Positions 23,927 through 35,865 of a stretch of DNA of 42,323 nucleotides are shown here, piece after piece. Origin of the DNA: Escherichia coli (GTDB lineage Bacteria; Pseudomonadota; Gammaproteobacteria; Enterobacterales; Enterobacteriaceae); assembly GCF_003334315.1 (NCBI RefSeq), contig NZ_QOWR01000043.1. The stretch is one strand, 5' to 3'. Within the stretch, counting starts at the first letter, position 1. Every line of letters starts with the position of its first letter. Both the position numbers and the translations under genes were made by a program. The notes beneath the pieces were generated by a model that searched no databases, had not been told where the DNA came from, and worked only from the letters and a program-made list of their open reading frames with translations.

Positions 23927-25582
23927 TTAGTCAGATTTAATCTGCGCGCGTGGTGGATATTTTTTCAGGATCTCCATATACGCGTGCATTTCGGTCTGTA
24001 GCGGTACACCCATCGGAATATGGCGCACGCCGATGGAGTCGCTTTCCTGCGGATCGGTGTAGAGGTTAAACACCGACGATCCCGCCGTTTGCATTACTGT
24101 GCCGGTGAATCCACCCTGATATCCGCTCTGGGTATAAGCGTAAGGTTGCTGAATCAGGACGTGATACTTGAACTCATCCATACGCACAGCAGCGAGTTTA
24201 CCGTTGAGGAAGTAGTGCTCGGCCTTACGGTTAGACTGACCATTTGTTCCCAGGAAGAAGGATGTCTGGTCCACACCATCGATAAAGGTGGTTTTCGGCA
24301 CTAAATTCGCCACTTTCGCTCCAGGATGCCCTGCCAGATCCAGCGCGGTAGGGAAGAGATCTGCCAGATCGACAATACCGTCAGATTTACGCGGTTGGAT
24401 CATCCCTTTCCAGTAAACGAAAGTCGGTACGCGAACGCCGCCTTCCCAGGTCGAACCTTTCGCACCACGGAACGGGGTGCGTCCGTGCGGCGGTACTTCG
24501 GCTTCCGGTCCGTTATCGGAGGTAAAGACGATCAGCGTGTTATCAAGCTGACCGTTTTTCTCCAGTGTTTTATACAGATTAGCGAACACATCGTTCATCT
24601 CCACCATGCAGTCGCCATACGAGGTGCGTGCCGGAGAGCTACCCGCATATTTAGCGTTCGGGTAGTTATCGAAGTGACAGCCGCGAGTGCCGTAATAGAG
24701 GAAGAAAGGCTTATCGCTCTTCGCCATCTTGTCGAGGAACTTAACGCCATATTCCATCCAGCGTTGATCCAGATCTTCCATATATTTCGGCGTAATGTCG
24801 GCAATGGCCTGTTGTTCGCCGCCGCGCACTGCATGAACATCATCTTTGCTGAACGGTAATTGCTTGATGTATTCAGAATGGTCCGGACTCAGGGCCACTT
24901 CCGGATTGACGTGAACGTCGCGCCATTCGGTGTACATATCAGACACCGAGTTAAAGCCACGGAAATCATCAAAGCCAACGTTCTGCGGCTGCGACTCTTT
25001 GTTTTCCCCCATATGCCATTTCCCGATAGCCTGGGTGACGTAACCTTGGTCGTGCAGCAATTGCGGCAGGGTGGTTAACCCTTGCAGACCTCCCGGTTGC
25101 CCGTACATTGGCGGCATCAGAATGCCGTGGTGGATGGAGTATTGTCCGGTGAGAATGGTGGCGCGGGTTGGGGAAGAGCTTGGTTGAGAATACGCCGACG
25201 TTAAAATCAGCCCCTGGCTGGCAACTGCATCGATATCTGGTGTAGGGTTACCCACCGCCACGCCGCCACCGTTAAAACCGACGTCCATCCAGCCCACATC
25301 GTCCAGCAGGAAGATAACCACATTGGGCTTCTTACCGGTTTTTTTCTCAAGTTCTGCCAGCTTCTGCTGGGTTTCTTTATCCTGCGCCGGATGCTGCATT
25401 ACTGGCATCATGTTGTCGGCAATAGTGGTCGCCGGTTTAACCAGATACTGGTTTGGGTGATCGTATCCGGCAAAGCCTTTGCGTGCGGTGGCAGTTGACG
25501 GGGTATCTGCTGCGCTGGCCATGAGAGGAAGAGCGGCGGCGACAGCAACAACAAGACGTTTGGGTGAAAACGAAATTTCCAT
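23927..25582 (-). CDS. aslA: Arylsulfatase-like protein AslA, 551 aa, with N-terminal signal peptide
   Basis: ORF 23927..25582 minus; sulfatase signature S-x-P-x-R ([11 protein letters not shown]); hydrophobic signal sequence ending ASAADTP. Confidence 0.93.
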   Translation of the reverse strand: MEISFSPKRLVVAVAAALPLMASAADTPSTATARKGFAGYDHPNQYLVKPATTIADNMMPVMQHPAQDKETQQKLAELEKKTGKKPNVVIFLLDDVGWMDVGFNGGGVAVGNPTPDIDAVASQGLILTSAYSQPSSSPTRATILTGQYSIHHGILMPPMYGQPGGLQGLTTLPQLLHDQGYVTQAIGKWHMGENKESQPQNVGFDDFRGFNSVSDMYTEWRDVHVNPEVALSPDHSEYIKQLPFSKDDVHAVRGGEQQAIADITPKYMEDLDQRWMEYGVKFLDKMAKSDKPFFLYYGTRGCHFDNYPNAKYAGSSPARTSYGDCMVEMNDVFANLYKTLEKNGQLDNTLIVFTSDNGPEAEVPPHGRTPFRGAKGSTWEGGVRVPTFVYWKGMIQPRKSDGIVDLADLFPTALDLAGHPGAKVANLVPKTTFIDGVDQTSFFLGTNGQSNRKAEHYFLNGKLAAVRMDEFKYHVLIQQPYAYTQSGYQGGFTGTVMQTAGSSVFNLYTDPQESDSIGVRHIPMGVPLQTEMHAYMEILKKYPPRAQIKSD

Positions 25583-26006
25583 GCAAAATGCTCCGGTTTC
25601 ATGTCATCAAAATGATGACGTAATTAAGCATTGATAATTGAGATCCCTCTCCCTGACAGGATGATTACATAAATAATAGTGACAAAAATAAATTATTTAT
25701 TTATCCAGAAAATGAATTGGAAAATCAGGAGAGCGTTTTCAATCCTACCTCTGGCGCAGTTGATATGTAAGGCAGGTTTATTATATCGCGTTGATTATTG
25801 ATGCTGTTTTTAGTTTTAACGGCAATTAATATATGTGTTATTAATTGAATGAATTTTATCATTCATAATAAGTATGTGTAGGATCAAGCTCAGGTTAAAT
25901 ATTCACTCAGGAAGTTATTACTCAGGAAGCAAAGAGGATTACAGAATTATCTCATAACAAGTGTTAAGGGATGTTATTTCCCGATTCTCTGTGGCATAAT
26001 AAACGA

Positions 26007-26203
26007 GTAGATGCTCATTCCATCTCTTATGTTCGCCTTAGTGCCTCATAAACTCCGGAATGACGCAGAGCCGTTTACGGTGCTTATCGTCCACTGACAG
26101 ATGTCGCTTATGCCTCATCAGACACCATGGACACAACGTTGAGTGAAGCACCCACTTGTTGTCATACAGACCTGTTTTAACGCCTGCTCCGTAATAAGAG
26201 CAG
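26007..26203 (+). ncRNA. glmZ: Small regulatory RNA GlmZ (activator of glmS translation); ends approximate
   Basis: ORF-free stretch beginning gtagatgctcattccatctcttatgttcgcc, preceded by a cataat -10 (25995..26000) and ending in terminator gcctgctccgtaataagagcaggc + T7; matches the GlmZ sequence as I recall it, in the aslA-hemY intergenic region. Confidence 0.8.
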
Positions 26204-26260
26204 GCGTTTTTTTATGTGTCAGGAAGGCCCCGGAGGTGCTTGCCCCCGGGTGAGAAGGAA

Positions 26261-27457
26261 CTACTGTGGTGGGTTGTTCTGCAACGTTAACATCAAACCG
26301 TCGTGACGCATCGCTGCAGCTTCTTCCGGCTTGTGCAGTCTGTCCAGCGCGTCGGCAAGCCATGCGTAATCGTAGGCGTCCGGACGTTGTTTCAGCGCTG
26401 CGCGGAAGGCGAGCGATGCTTCCTGCCATTCTCCGTGCTTCATCAGTGACTGGCCCAGTGTGCTCCACAACAGCGGGCGATCGCCGACGTTTTTGATCTG
26501 CTGGCGCAGCACTTTTTCCAGCTGTTCCGGATTGTTGGTTTTCAGTCGAGGAATCGGCAGCAGTAGGCGATCGTCATACTGGCGTTTCAGGCCGTCGATG
26601 ATAATTTGCTGGGCAGTATCATGATCGTCACATTCAATAAGATGTTCCGCCATTGCCACCTGCAACGCTACCTGATGACGCGTTTTCCGGCTTTGGTTTT
26701 TCCACCAGTTACGCAAGCCTTCGCTACCGTTATCGGCACGCGCCTGATCCATCAGGCCAATCCATGCCTGTTGTTCCAGCATTGCACGATGTTCTTCATC
26801 GCCAACGTGGGCTTTCGCCATTGATGGGATGATATCCAGCAGCGAACTCCATGCACCAGTGCGGATATACGCCTGTTCCGCCAGACGTAATACTTCCGGA
26901 TGGCGTGGCGTAACTTCCAGCAGCTTATCCACGCCGTGGCGTGCAGCATGGTTTTCATTACGGGCCAGTTGCAGACGTACACGGGTGATTTCTACCGGAA
27001 TTGTGTCGTTGCCGGCCAGCTCCGCTGCGCGTTCCAGATGTTGGTTGGCGCGTGCTTCATCACCGCGTTGTTGCGCGGCTTCGGCAGCCAGCAGATAGTT
27101 CACCACCGGTTGTTCAGCGTGATCGGCATTTTTCGCCATCAGCTTTTCAACTTGCTGATAATCGCCTTCCGCTAGTTTCAGCAGCGCCTGTTCGGTCTGC
27201 TTACGGGCACGGCGACGCTTACGTCCGACAAACCACCCACGGGTGTGTGCGCCTGTGCGGAAGATCCGCCGCAGTAGCCACTCAATGGCAAACAGCACTA
27301 CCATCGCCAGAATCAAAATAATCGCCAGGCCAGTGACGCTGGTTTCGATATTGTAGTTGTCGGTCTGAATCAATACGTACCCCTGATGACCGGCAATCAT
27401 CGGGCCAACCACGATCCCCGCAATCAGCAAAACAAAGAGCAATAGCACTTTTAGCAT
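26261..27457 (-). CDS. hemY: HemY protein (TPR-containing inner membrane protein), 398 aa
   Basis: ORF 26261..27457 minus; N-terminal TM segments; last gene of hemCDXY. Confidence 0.93.
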   Translation of the reverse strand: MLKVLLLFVLLIAGIVVGPMIAGHQGYVLIQTDNYNIETSVTGLAIILILAMVVLFAIEWLLRRIFRTGAHTRGWFVGRKRRRARKQTEQALLKLAEGDYQQVEKLMAKNADHAEQPVVNYLLAAEAAQQRGDEARANQHLERAAELAGNDTIPVEITRVRLQLARNENHAARHGVDKLLEVTPRHPEVLRLAEQAYIRTGAWSSLLDIIPSMAKAHVGDEEHRAMLEQQAWIGLMDQARADNGSEGLRNWWKNQSRKTRHQVALQVAMAEHLIECDDHDTAQQIIIDGLKRQYDDRLLLPIPRLKTNNPEQLEKVLRQQIKNVGDRPLLWSTLGQSLMKHGEWQEASLAFRAALKQRPDAYDYAWLADALDRLHKPEEAAAMRHDGLMLTLQNNPPQ

Positions 27458-27459
27458 GG

Positions 27460-28641
27460 TTATTCTCCTTGCGGCGCGGCTGCCGGAGTATCAGCTTGCG
27501 GTGCAGGTGCAGGTTTAGCTTCCGTTGCCCCTGCTGTCGGTTGTGCCAGCAGGTTACGCACGCGAGTCTGCATCAGTTTTTCCAGCATCGCCTGGCTTTG
27601 CAGGGTTTCCGGAAGATCCATCGAGATATTTTGCTGGCTTAACTGGTCCACCTCGTCGAGGAACGCTTTGGTGGTGGCATCATCAGTATCGTAGTAAGCA
27701 CGTACCCAGGTGGAGACGTTCTCCAGCGCCTGGCGATAAGTCTCTTCCTGGTGACGCGGTACAGCTTGTGCTGCGACCAGCAGGCGAGAGCGAATATTTT
27801 CGCGCAGATAGATATCCTGATTTGGCGCTAACAGCGGTACGGCGGTGTCATCACGACGGCGAATCGTAATGAAGTTGTCCATAAAGTTCTGCCAGCTTTT
27901 TTGCAGATTGATACGCCATTCGCTGATGGAACTGGAAAGCTCTTCACCGTCTGAATCCATCGGCGAACCATCGCTGTCATTATCGGCCAGACGCAGGTTA
28001 TCTACCTGATTTGAAAGCTGATTAAGCTTAAGGATGATGCCGTCATAATCCACCTGCGATACTGCAGAAAGGCTGGCGATATCATCGGTAATTGCCCGAC
28101 GAACGGTAATCAGACTCGGGTCATTCATATCCGCCAGGCTGGCGTCTGCACTTTTCAGCAACGCTGCAGCGGTCGTGACGTCCTGATCGCTCCACAGCTT
28201 CCGTCCGGCGAGTTTCACCAGAAAATCGGCCTGAGCCAGCAGCCAGGTTTTAGCATCGCTGCCGGAAATGGTGGCGACCTTTTGTTGGACCTCATCCAAC
28301 TGTTTTGCCAGCGTTTCTTGCTGACGATTCGCCTGCTTAAGCTGTGCAGCTTGTTGCTTAATAATGCCTTCCAGCTCGGCTTTTTGGCTCTCCTGGGCTT
28401 TTTGCAATGCCGTCAGTTGGTTAGCCAGGGCATCGCTGGTGGCGGTCTGATTGACGGCCTGTTGTTTACCCCAGCCATACAAACCGACGCCCGCCGCCAG
28501 AGCAATAGCGATAGCCACCGCGCTGAGAATCAATGCGGTATTGTTCTTACTCTTTTTTTCTGTTGCGACAGGTTGTGACGTGGTGTCCACGGCCTCCCTG
28601 GTCTCTTCAACCACGGCGGAGGTTTTTTCTTGTTCCGTCAT
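27460..28641 (-). CDS. hemX: HemX protein (membrane protein with coiled-coil/Ala-Gln-rich region), 393 aa
   Basis: ORF 27460..28641 minus; low-complexity AQ-rich central region; hem operon context. Confidence 0.93.
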   Translation of the reverse strand: MTEQEKTSAVVEETREAVDTTSQPVATEKKSKNNTALILSAVAIAIALAAGVGLYGWGKQQAVNQTATSDALANQLTALQKAQESQKAELEGIIKQQAAQLKQANRQQETLAKQLDEVQQKVATISGSDAKTWLLAQADFLVKLAGRKLWSDQDVTTAAALLKSADASLADMNDPSLITVRRAITDDIASLSAVSQVDYDGIILKLNQLSNQVDNLRLADNDSDGSPMDSDGEELSSSISEWRINLQKSWQNFMDNFITIRRRDDTAVPLLAPNQDIYLRENIRSRLLVAAQAVPRHQEETYRQALENVSTWVRAYYDTDDATTKAFLDEVDQLSQQNISMDLPETLQSQAMLEKLMQTRVRNLLAQPTAGATEAKPAPAPQADTPAAAPQGE

Positions 28642-28662
28642 TATGGCTTCCTGTTATGAGAG

Positions 28663-29403
28663 TTATTGTAATGCCCGTAAAAGCGCATCGTTGTCAGCGT
28701 TATCGGCGACCTTAATGTCTTGCCAGCCCAGTTCCCGGGCGAGTTTCGCCAAACGCTCACTGACGACCAATAGTCGACAGTGTAGTAACCAGTGCTCACG
28801 ATACCATTGTGGGATCAGCGACCAGAGTTGCTGCAACATTTCACCGCTGGTAACAACGACCGTCGTCACCTCGCGGGATTGCCAGCGCATCGCTTCTTCT
28901 GCACCATCGTAATGGATTGCGCATCGTTGATAACATTCACAAAAAGTGACCTCAGCACCGCGCGCCGTCAGGGTATCCCCAATTAGCTCACGACCACCAT
29001 TGCCACGTAATATCAGCGCACGTTTGCCCGCAATATTTTGTAATTCAGGTAATTGTAGCAAGACTTCGCTGATTTCCCGATCCTGCGGGTAGAGAATCTT
29101 CTGTCCGCTTACGGTATGTAGTGCCAGTGCGGTGGTGCGTCCAATGGCGAAATAATCAGGTAGTCGGGGCCATTTACGATCTTGCTGATGCAGCTGTGAT
29201 TGGGCAAAAGCAACCGCGTGTTGCGAGAGGGCAAACAACAGATCGCTCTCCCCCAGCGCTGCCAGTTGATCAGCAAGTTGCGGTAATTGTTGACCCGGAG
29301 AAAACTCAATCAGCGGAAAATGCCAGGCCACCTGCCCCAGTGTGCGCAGACGGCTCACTAACTCTTCTCCAGCGGGAGACGGGCGGGTGACAAGGATACT
29401 CAT
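28663..29403 (-). CDS. hemD: Uroporphyrinogen-III synthase HemD, 246 aa
   Basis: ORF 28663..29403 minus; start overlaps hemC stop. Confidence 0.93.
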   Translation of the reverse strand: MSILVTRPSPAGEELVSRLRTLGQVAWHFPLIEFSPGQQLPQLADQLAALGESDLLFALSQHAVAFAQSQLHQQDRKWPRLPDYFAIGRTTALALHTVSGQKILYPQDREISEVLLQLPELQNIAGKRALILRGNGGRELIGDTLTARGAEVTFCECYQRCAIHYDGAEEAMRWQSREVTTVVVTSGEMLQQLWSLIPQWYREHWLLHCRLLVVSERLAKLARELGWQDIKVADNADNDALLRALQ

Positions 29404-30341
29404 GCCGGGGCGTCTCCGTTATAGACTTCAGCGAGGATCTCGCGCGCGCCGTTATTCAGTAGCTCTTCTGCCAGCGAAATCCCCATTTGTTCGGCATCTT
29501 GCGGCGCACCGCGGCGTTCACCGCGAATAATCTGCGAACCGTCCGGCGCGCCGACCAGCGCACGCAGCCAGATTTCGCCATCAATAAGCTCGGCGTAGCT
29601 ACCAATTGGCACCTGACATCCGCCTTCGAGACGGGTATTCATGGCGCGTTCTGCGGTAACGCGCAGTGCAGTTTCGTGGTGATTCAGCGCGGCAAGCAGC
29701 TCGCGAGTGCGTGAATCATCAAGGCGGCATTCAATACCCACCGCACCTTGTCCTACCGCCGGAAGAGAAATCTCGGGTGGCAACGCGGCGCGAATACGTG
29801 ACTCCAGACCTAAACGTTTTAGTCCGGCTACGGCAAGAATGATGGCATCGTATTCGCCGTTATCCAGTTTGCTCAGGCGAGTGCCGACGTTGCCGCGCAG
29901 GGAGCGGATAATCAGATCCGGACGGCGTTCAGCCAGTTGGCACTGGCGACGTAAACTGGACGTCCCGACGATACTGCCTGCCGGTAACGCATCCAGACTG
30001 TCATAGTTATTGGACACAAAGGCATCGCGAGGATCTTCACGCTCACAAATAGTGACCAGTCCCAGACCTTGCGGGAATTCAACCGGCACATCTTTCATTG
30101 AGTGTACGGCGATATCGGCGCGATTTTCGAGGAGCGCGACTTCCAGCTCTTTTACAAATAAGCCTTTTCCGCCTACTTTCGCCAGCGGCGTATCAAGAAT
30201 CACATCGCCGCGCGTCACCATCGGTACCAGTTCAACGACCAGGCCCGGATGGCTCGCCATCAACTTGTCTTTGACATAGTGTGCCTGCCAGAGTGCAAGT
30301 GGGCTTTGGCGTGTGGCAATTCTTAAAACATTGTCTAACAT
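29400..30341 (-). CDS. hemC: Porphobilinogen deaminase (hydroxymethylbilane synthase) HemC, 313 aa
   Basis: ORF 29400..30362 minus; recognised start [20 protein letters not shown] at the internal ATG (minus-strand codon at 30339..30341). Confidence 0.93.
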
Positions 30342-30727
30342 GCTTGTTACCGTCATTATCATCCGTGGTCCATCCTAACATCCTTGCCAGAGTGATGTCA
30401 GTGTTGTGGTGAAACGTAGACGCCTGCGCAAACCGTAAAATGAGGTCTGGCAGTGGATCCTGACAGGCGTTTCACGCCGTTGTAATAAGGAATTTACAGA
30501 GAATAAACGGTGCTACACTTGTATGTAGCGCATCTTTCTTTACGGTCAATCAGCAAGGTGTTAAATTGATCACGTTTTAGACCATTTTTTCGTCGTGAAA
30601 CTAAAAAAACCAGGCGCGAAAAGTGGTAACGGTTACCTTTGACATACGAAATATCCCGAATGCCGCGTGTTACCGTTGATGTTGGCGGAATCACAGTCAT
30701 GACGGGTAGCAAATCAGGCGATACGTC

Positions 30728-33274
30728 TTGTACCTCTATATTGAGACTCTGAAACAGAGACTGGATGCCATAAATCAATTGCGTGTGGATCGCGCGCTTG
30801 CTGCTATGGGGCCTGCATTCCAACAGGTCTACAGTCTACTGCCGACATTGTTGCACTATCACCATCCGCTAATGCCGGGTTACCTTGATGGTAACGTTCC
30901 CAAAGGCATTTGCCTTTACACGCCTGATGAAACTCAACGCCACTACCTGAACGAGCTTGAACTGTATCGTGGAATGTCAGTACAGGATCCGCCGAAAGGT
31001 GAGCTTCCAATTACTGGTGTATACACCATGGGCAGCACCTCGTCCGTAGGGCAAAGTTGTTCCTCTGACCTGGATATCTGGGTCTGTCATCAATCCTGGC
31101 TCGATAGCGAAGAGCGCCAATTGCTACAACGTAAATGTAGCCTGCTGGAAAACTGGGCCGCCTCGCTGGGTGTGGAAGTCAGCTTCTTCCTGATTGATGA
31201 AAACCGCTTCCGTCATAATGAAAGCGGCAGCCTGGGGGGCGAAGATTGTGGCTCCACCCAGCATATACTGCTGCTTGACGAATTTTATCGTACCGCCGTG
31301 CGTCTCGCCGGTAAGCGTATTCTGTGGAATATGGTGCCGTGCGACGAAGAAGAGCATTACGACGACTATGTGATGACGCTTTACGCGCAGGGCGTGCTGA
31401 CGCCAAATGAATGGCTGGATCTCGGTGGCTTAAGCTCGCTTTCTGCTGAAGAGTACTTTGGTGCCAGCCTTTGGCAGCTCTACAAGAGTATCGATTCCCC
31501 ATACAAAGCGGTACTGAAAACACTGCTGCTGGAAGCCTATTCCTGGGAATACCCGAACCCACGTCTGCTGGCGAAAGATATCAAACAGCGTTTGCACGAC
31601 GGCGAGATTGTATCGTTTGGTCTCGATCCATACTGCATGATGCTGGAGCGTGTTACTGAATACCTGACGGCGATTGAAGATTTTACCCGTCTGGATTTAG
31701 TACGTCGCTGCTTCTATTTAAAAGTGTGCGAAAAGCTCAGCCGTGAACGCGCCTGCGTAGGCTGGCGTCGCGCAGTGTTGAGCCAGTTAGTGAGCGAGTG
31801 GGGTTGGGACGAAGCTCGTCTGGCAATGCTCGATAACCGCGCTAACTGGAAGATTGATCAGGTGCGTGAGGCGCACAACGAGTTGCTCGACGCGATGATG
31901 CAGAGCTACCGTAATCTGATCCGCTTTGCGCGTCGCAATAACCTTAGCGTCTCCGCCAGTCCGCAGGATATCGGCGTGCTGACGCGTAAGCTGTATGCCG
32001 CGTTTGAAGCATTACCAGGTAAAGTGACGCTGGTAAACCCGCAGATTTCACCCGATCTCTCGGAACCGAATCTGACCTTTATTTGTGTGCCGCCGGGCCG
32101 GGCTAACCGTTCAGGTTGGTATCTGTATAACCGCGCGCCAAATATTGAGTCGATCATCAGCCATCAGCCGCTGGAATATAACCGTTACCTGAATAAACTG
32201 GTGGCGTGGGCATGGTTTAACGGCCTGCTGACCTCGCGCACCCGTTTGTATATTAAAGGTAACGGCATTGTCGATTTGCCTAAGTTGCAGGAGATGGTCG
32301 CCGACGTGTCGCACCATTTCCCGCTGCGCTTACCTGCACCGACACCGAAGGCGCTCTACAGCCCGTGTGAGATCCGCCATCTGGCGATTATCGTTAACCT
32401 GGAATATGACCCGACAGCGGCGTTCCGCAATCAGGTGGTGCATTTCGATTTCCGTAAGCTGGATGTCTTCAGCTTTGGCGAGAATCAAAATTGCCTGGTA
32501 GGTAGCGTTGACCTGCTGTACCGCAACTCGTGGAACGAAGTGCGTACGCTGCACTTCAACGGCGAGCAATCGATGATCGAAGCCCTGAAAACTATTCTCG
32601 GCAAAATGCATCAGGACGCCGCACCGCCAGATAGCGTGGAAGTCTTCTGTTATAGCCAGCATCTGCGCGGCTTAATTCGTACTCGCGTGCAGCAACTGGT
32701 TTCTGAGTGTATTGAATTGCGTCTTTCCAGCACCCGCCAGGAAACCGGGCGTTTCAAGGCGCTGCGCGTTTCTGGTCAAACCTGGGGGTTGTTCTTCGAA
32801 CGCCTGAATGTATCGGTACAGAAACTGGAAAACGCCATCGAGTTTTATGGCGCGATTTCGCATAACAAACTGCACGGCCTGTCAGTGCAGGTTGAAACCA
32901 ATCACGTCAAATTACCGGCGGTGGTGGACGGCTTTGCCAGCGAAGGGATCATCCAGTTCTTTTTCGAAGAAACGCAAGACGAGAATGGCTTTAATATCTA
33001 CATTCTCGACGAAAGCAACCGGGTTGAGGTATATCACCACTGCGAAGGCAGCAAAGAGGAGCTGGTACGTGACGTCAGTCGCTTCTACTCGTCATCGCAT
33101 GACCGTTTTACCTACGGCTCAAGCTTCATCAACTTCAACCTGCCGCAGTTCTATCAGATTGTGAAGGTTGATGGTCGTGAACAGGTGATTCCGTTCCGCA
33201 CAAAATCTATCGGTAACATGCCGCCTGCCAATCAGGATCACGATACGCCGCTATTACAGCAATATTTTTCGTGA
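30728..33274 (+). CDS. cyaA: Adenylate cyclase (class I) CyaA, 848 aa, TTG start codon
   Basis: ORF 30728..33274 begins at ttg; N-terminus [32 protein letters not shown] recognised; divergent from hemC. Confidence 0.95.
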   Translation: MYLYIETLKQRLDAINQLRVDRALAAMGPAFQQVYSLLPTLLHYHHPLMPGYLDGNVPKGICLYTPDETQRHYLNELELYRGMSVQDPPKGELPITGVYTMGSTSSVGQSCSSDLDIWVCHQSWLDSEERQLLQRKCSLLENWAASLGVEVSFFLIDENRFRHNESGSLGGEDCGSTQHILLLDEFYRTAVRLAGKRILWNMVPCDEEEHYDDYVMTLYAQGVLTPNEWLDLGGLSSLSAEEYFGASLWQLYKSIDSPYKAVLKTLLLEAYSWEYPNPRLLAKDIKQRLHDGEIVSFGLDPYCMMLERVTEYLTAIEDFTRLDLVRRCFYLKVCEKLSRERACVGWRRAVLSQLVSEWGWDEARLAMLDNRANWKIDQVREAHNELLDAMMQSYRNLIRFARRNNLSVSASPQDIGVLTRKLYAAFEALPGKVTLVNPQISPDLSEPNLTFICVPPGRANRSGWYLYNRAPNIESIISHQPLEYNRYLNKLVAWAWFNGLLTSRTRLYIKGNGIVDLPKLQEMVADVSHHFPLRLPAPTPKALYSPCEIRHLAIIVNLEYDPTAAFRNQVVHFDFRKLDVFSFGENQNCLVGSVDLLYRNSWNEVRTLHFNGEQSMIEALKTILGKMHQDAAPPDSVEVFCYSQHLRGLIRTRVQQLVSECIELRLSSTRQETGRFKALRVSGQTWGLFFERLNVSVQKLENAIEFYGAISHNKLHGLSVQVETNHVKLPAVVDGFASEGIIQFFFEETQDENGFNIYILDESNRVEVYHHCEGSKEELVRDVSRFYSSSHDRFTYGSSFINFNLPQFYQIVKVDGREQVIPFRTKSIGNMPPANQDHDTPLLQQYFS

Positions 33275-33313
33275 TGAACGTGCCGGAAAGCGAGGCTTAT
33301 CCGGCATGCAATC

Positions 33314-33634
33314 TTAGCGGAAACTGACTGTTTCACCCGCCTGCTGCGTCGCCGCCTGTTCCAGCAAATCCCAGAAGGTTTCGCCGCTGCGATCACAAAT
33401 CCACTCATCGCCTTTCAGGTCAAAATGGTAGCCGCCCTGTTTGGTTGCCAGCCATACCTGGTGCAGCGGCTCCTGGCGGTTGATAATGATTTTGCTGCCA
33501 TTCTCAAAGGTAATGGTCAGTACGCCGCCGTTGATTTCGCAGTCGATATCGCTGTCGCCATCCCAGTCGTCCAGGCGTTCTTCAATGGTCAGCCAGAGTT
33601 GATCAGCCAGGCGATGAAATTCACTGTCGTTCAT
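33314..33634 (-). CDS. cyaY: Frataxin homolog CyaY (iron-sulfur cluster assembly), 106 aa
   Basis: ORF 33314..33634 minus; [33 protein letters not shown] acidic ridge typical of frataxin. Confidence 0.95.
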
Positions 33635-34096
33635 TGTTGTATCCTGTTTTTAAGTGATGGCGGCAGTATAGCGGCATGGGGTCAGGGCTTCAAAGTTTGC
33701 ACCTCTGCGGCTGCGTTCCGGCACGATTCATCCGTCACCGGAATAATGATGTCTCTGTGTAGCGAAAGATTTGTCTCTTCATTAGGGCGCAGTTACACCA
33801 CGTCTTTCCCTGTTTCTGGTAAACATTATGATCAGGTTTACCGAGCGAGCATCCTCACGCTGACGGAACTAAAAAAGACAACAAACAAACCACATTGCGA
33901 TAGTGCATAAAGCCATCCTGGCGCGAGGTGCCGATCACGAAACTACCAGCAAAACATAAATCCCCACGAGTAAGCGTTATACTCGCAGCATTTCCTCACT
34001 TTTCAGACTTCATAAAGAGTCGCTAAACGCTTGCTTTTACGTCTTCTCCTGCGATGATAGAAAGCAGAAAGCGATGAACTTTACAGGCAATCCATA

Positions 34097-34300
34097 ATGA
34101 AAAACGTGTTTAAGGCACTCACTGTATTACTTACTCTCTTCAGCCTGACGGGCTGCGGTCTGAAAGGTCCGCTCTATTTCCCGCCTGCAGATAAAAACGC
34201 ACCGCCGCCGACCAAACCGGTAGAGACGCAAACGCAATCCACGGTGCCGGATAAAAACGATCGCGCCACTGGCGATGGTCCATCCCAGGTGAATTACTAA
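34097..34300 (+). CDS. yifL: Small predicted lipoprotein YifL, 67 aa
   Basis: ORF 34097..34300; lipobox LTGC after a signal peptide; Pro-rich low-complexity tail. Confidence 0.85.
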   Translation: MKNVFKALTVLLTLFSLTGCGLKGPLYFPPADKNAPPPTKPVETQTQSTVPDKNDRATGDGPSQVNY

Positions 34301-34336
34301 AAGTCAGTTTCTGTACCCGCGTGATTGGAGTAAATG

Positions 34337-35161
34337 ATGCAGTTCTCGAAAATGCATGGCCTTGGCAACGATTTTATGGTCGTCGACGCGGTAACGCAGA
34401 ATGTCTTTTTTTCACCGGAGCTGATTCGTCGCCTGGCTGATCGGCACCTGGGGGTAGGGTTTGACCAACTGCTGGTGGTTGAGCCGCCGTATGATCCTGA
34501 ACTGGATTTTCACTATCGCATTTTCAATGCTGATGGCAGTGAAGTGGCGCAGTGCGGCAACGGTGCGCGCTGCTTTGCCCGTTTTGTGCGTCTGAAAGGA
34601 CTGACCAATAAGCGTGATATCCGCGTCAGCACCGCCAACGGGCGGATGGTTCTGACCGTCACCGATGATGATCTGGTCCGCGTAAATATGGGCGAACCCA
34701 ACTTCGAACCTTCCGCCGTGCCGTTTCGCGCTAACAAAGCGGAAAAGACCTATATTATGCGCGCCGCCGAGCAGACAATCTTATGCGGCGTGGTGTCGAT
34801 GGGAAATCCGCATTGCGTGATTCAGGTCGATGATGTCGATACCGCGGCGGTAGAAACGCTTGGTCCTGTTCTGGAAAGCCACGAGCGTTTTCCGGAGCGC
34901 GCCAATATCGGTTTTATGCAAGTGGTTAAGCGCGAGCATATTCGTTTACGCGTTTATGAGCGTGGGGCAGGAGAAACCCAGGCCTGCGGCAGCGGCGCGT
35001 GTGCGGCGGTTGCAGTAGGGATTCAGCAAGGTTTGCTGGCCGAAGAAGTACGCGTGGAACTCCCCGGCGGTCGTCTTGATATCGCCTGGAAAGGTCCGGG
35101 TCACCCGTTATATATGACTGGCCCGGCGGTACATGTCTACGACGGATTTATTCATCTATGA
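34337..35161 (+). CDS. dapF: Diaminopimelate epimerase DapF, 274 aa
   Basis: ORF 34334..35161; recognised start [17 protein letters not shown] at ATG 34337; catalytic Cys motifs (GNGARC, CGSGAC). Confidence 0.95.
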
Positions 35162-35865
35162 AGCAACCAGGGGAAGAACTGCAGGAAACACTCACGGAGC
35201 TTGATGACCGGGCGGTTGTCGATTATCTGATTAAAAATCCTGAGTTTTTTATCCGTAATGCGCGCGCAGTAGAAGCGATACGTGTGCCGCATCCGGTACG
35301 CGGCACCGTTTCGTTGGTCGAGTGGCACATGGCCCGCGCACGTAATCATATTCATGTTCTGGAAGAGAACATGGCGCTGTTGATGGAACAGGCTATCGCC
35401 AACGAAGGCCTGTTTTATCGCCTACTCTACCTGCAGCGCAGTCTCACCGCCGCCAGCAGTCTCGACGATATGCTGATGCGCTTTCACCGCTGGGCGCGCG
35501 ATCTCGGCCTGGCAGGTGCGAGTCTGCGCCTGTTTCCGGATCGCTGGCGCTTAGGTGCGCCGTCGAACCACACTCATCTGGCATTAAGCCGTCAGTCTTT
35601 CGAACCGCTGCGTATTCAGCGTTTGGGGCAGGAACAGCACTATCTTGGGCCGCTTAACGGACCAGAGCTGCTGGTGGTGCTACCGGAAGCGAAAGCGGTG
35701 GGATCGGTGGCGATGTCGATGCTGGGAAGCGATGCTGATTTGGGTGTCGTGCTGTTTACCAGTCGCGATGCCAGTCACTATCAACAAGGGCAAGGAACGC
35801 AGTTACTTCATGAAATTGCGCTGATGTTGCCGGAGCTTCTGGAGCGTTGGATTGAACGCGTATGA
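35158..35865 (+). CDS. yigA: DUF484-family protein YigA, 235 aa
   Basis: ORF 35158..35865; start overlaps dapF stop; conserved dapF-yigA-xerC-yigB arrangement. Confidence 0.9.

Noticed and set aside
26118-26468. 116-aa minus-strand ORF overlapping the hemY 3' end and glmZ
   Set aside because: Overlaps the better-supported hemY frame and the glmZ sRNA with its terminator; no homology recognised.
33425-33910. 161-aa plus-strand ORF antisense to cyaY extending into the cyaY-yifL intergenic region
   Set aside because: Mostly antisense to cyaY; no RBS or recognisable domain; the intergenic part more likely holds the cyaY and yifL promoters.
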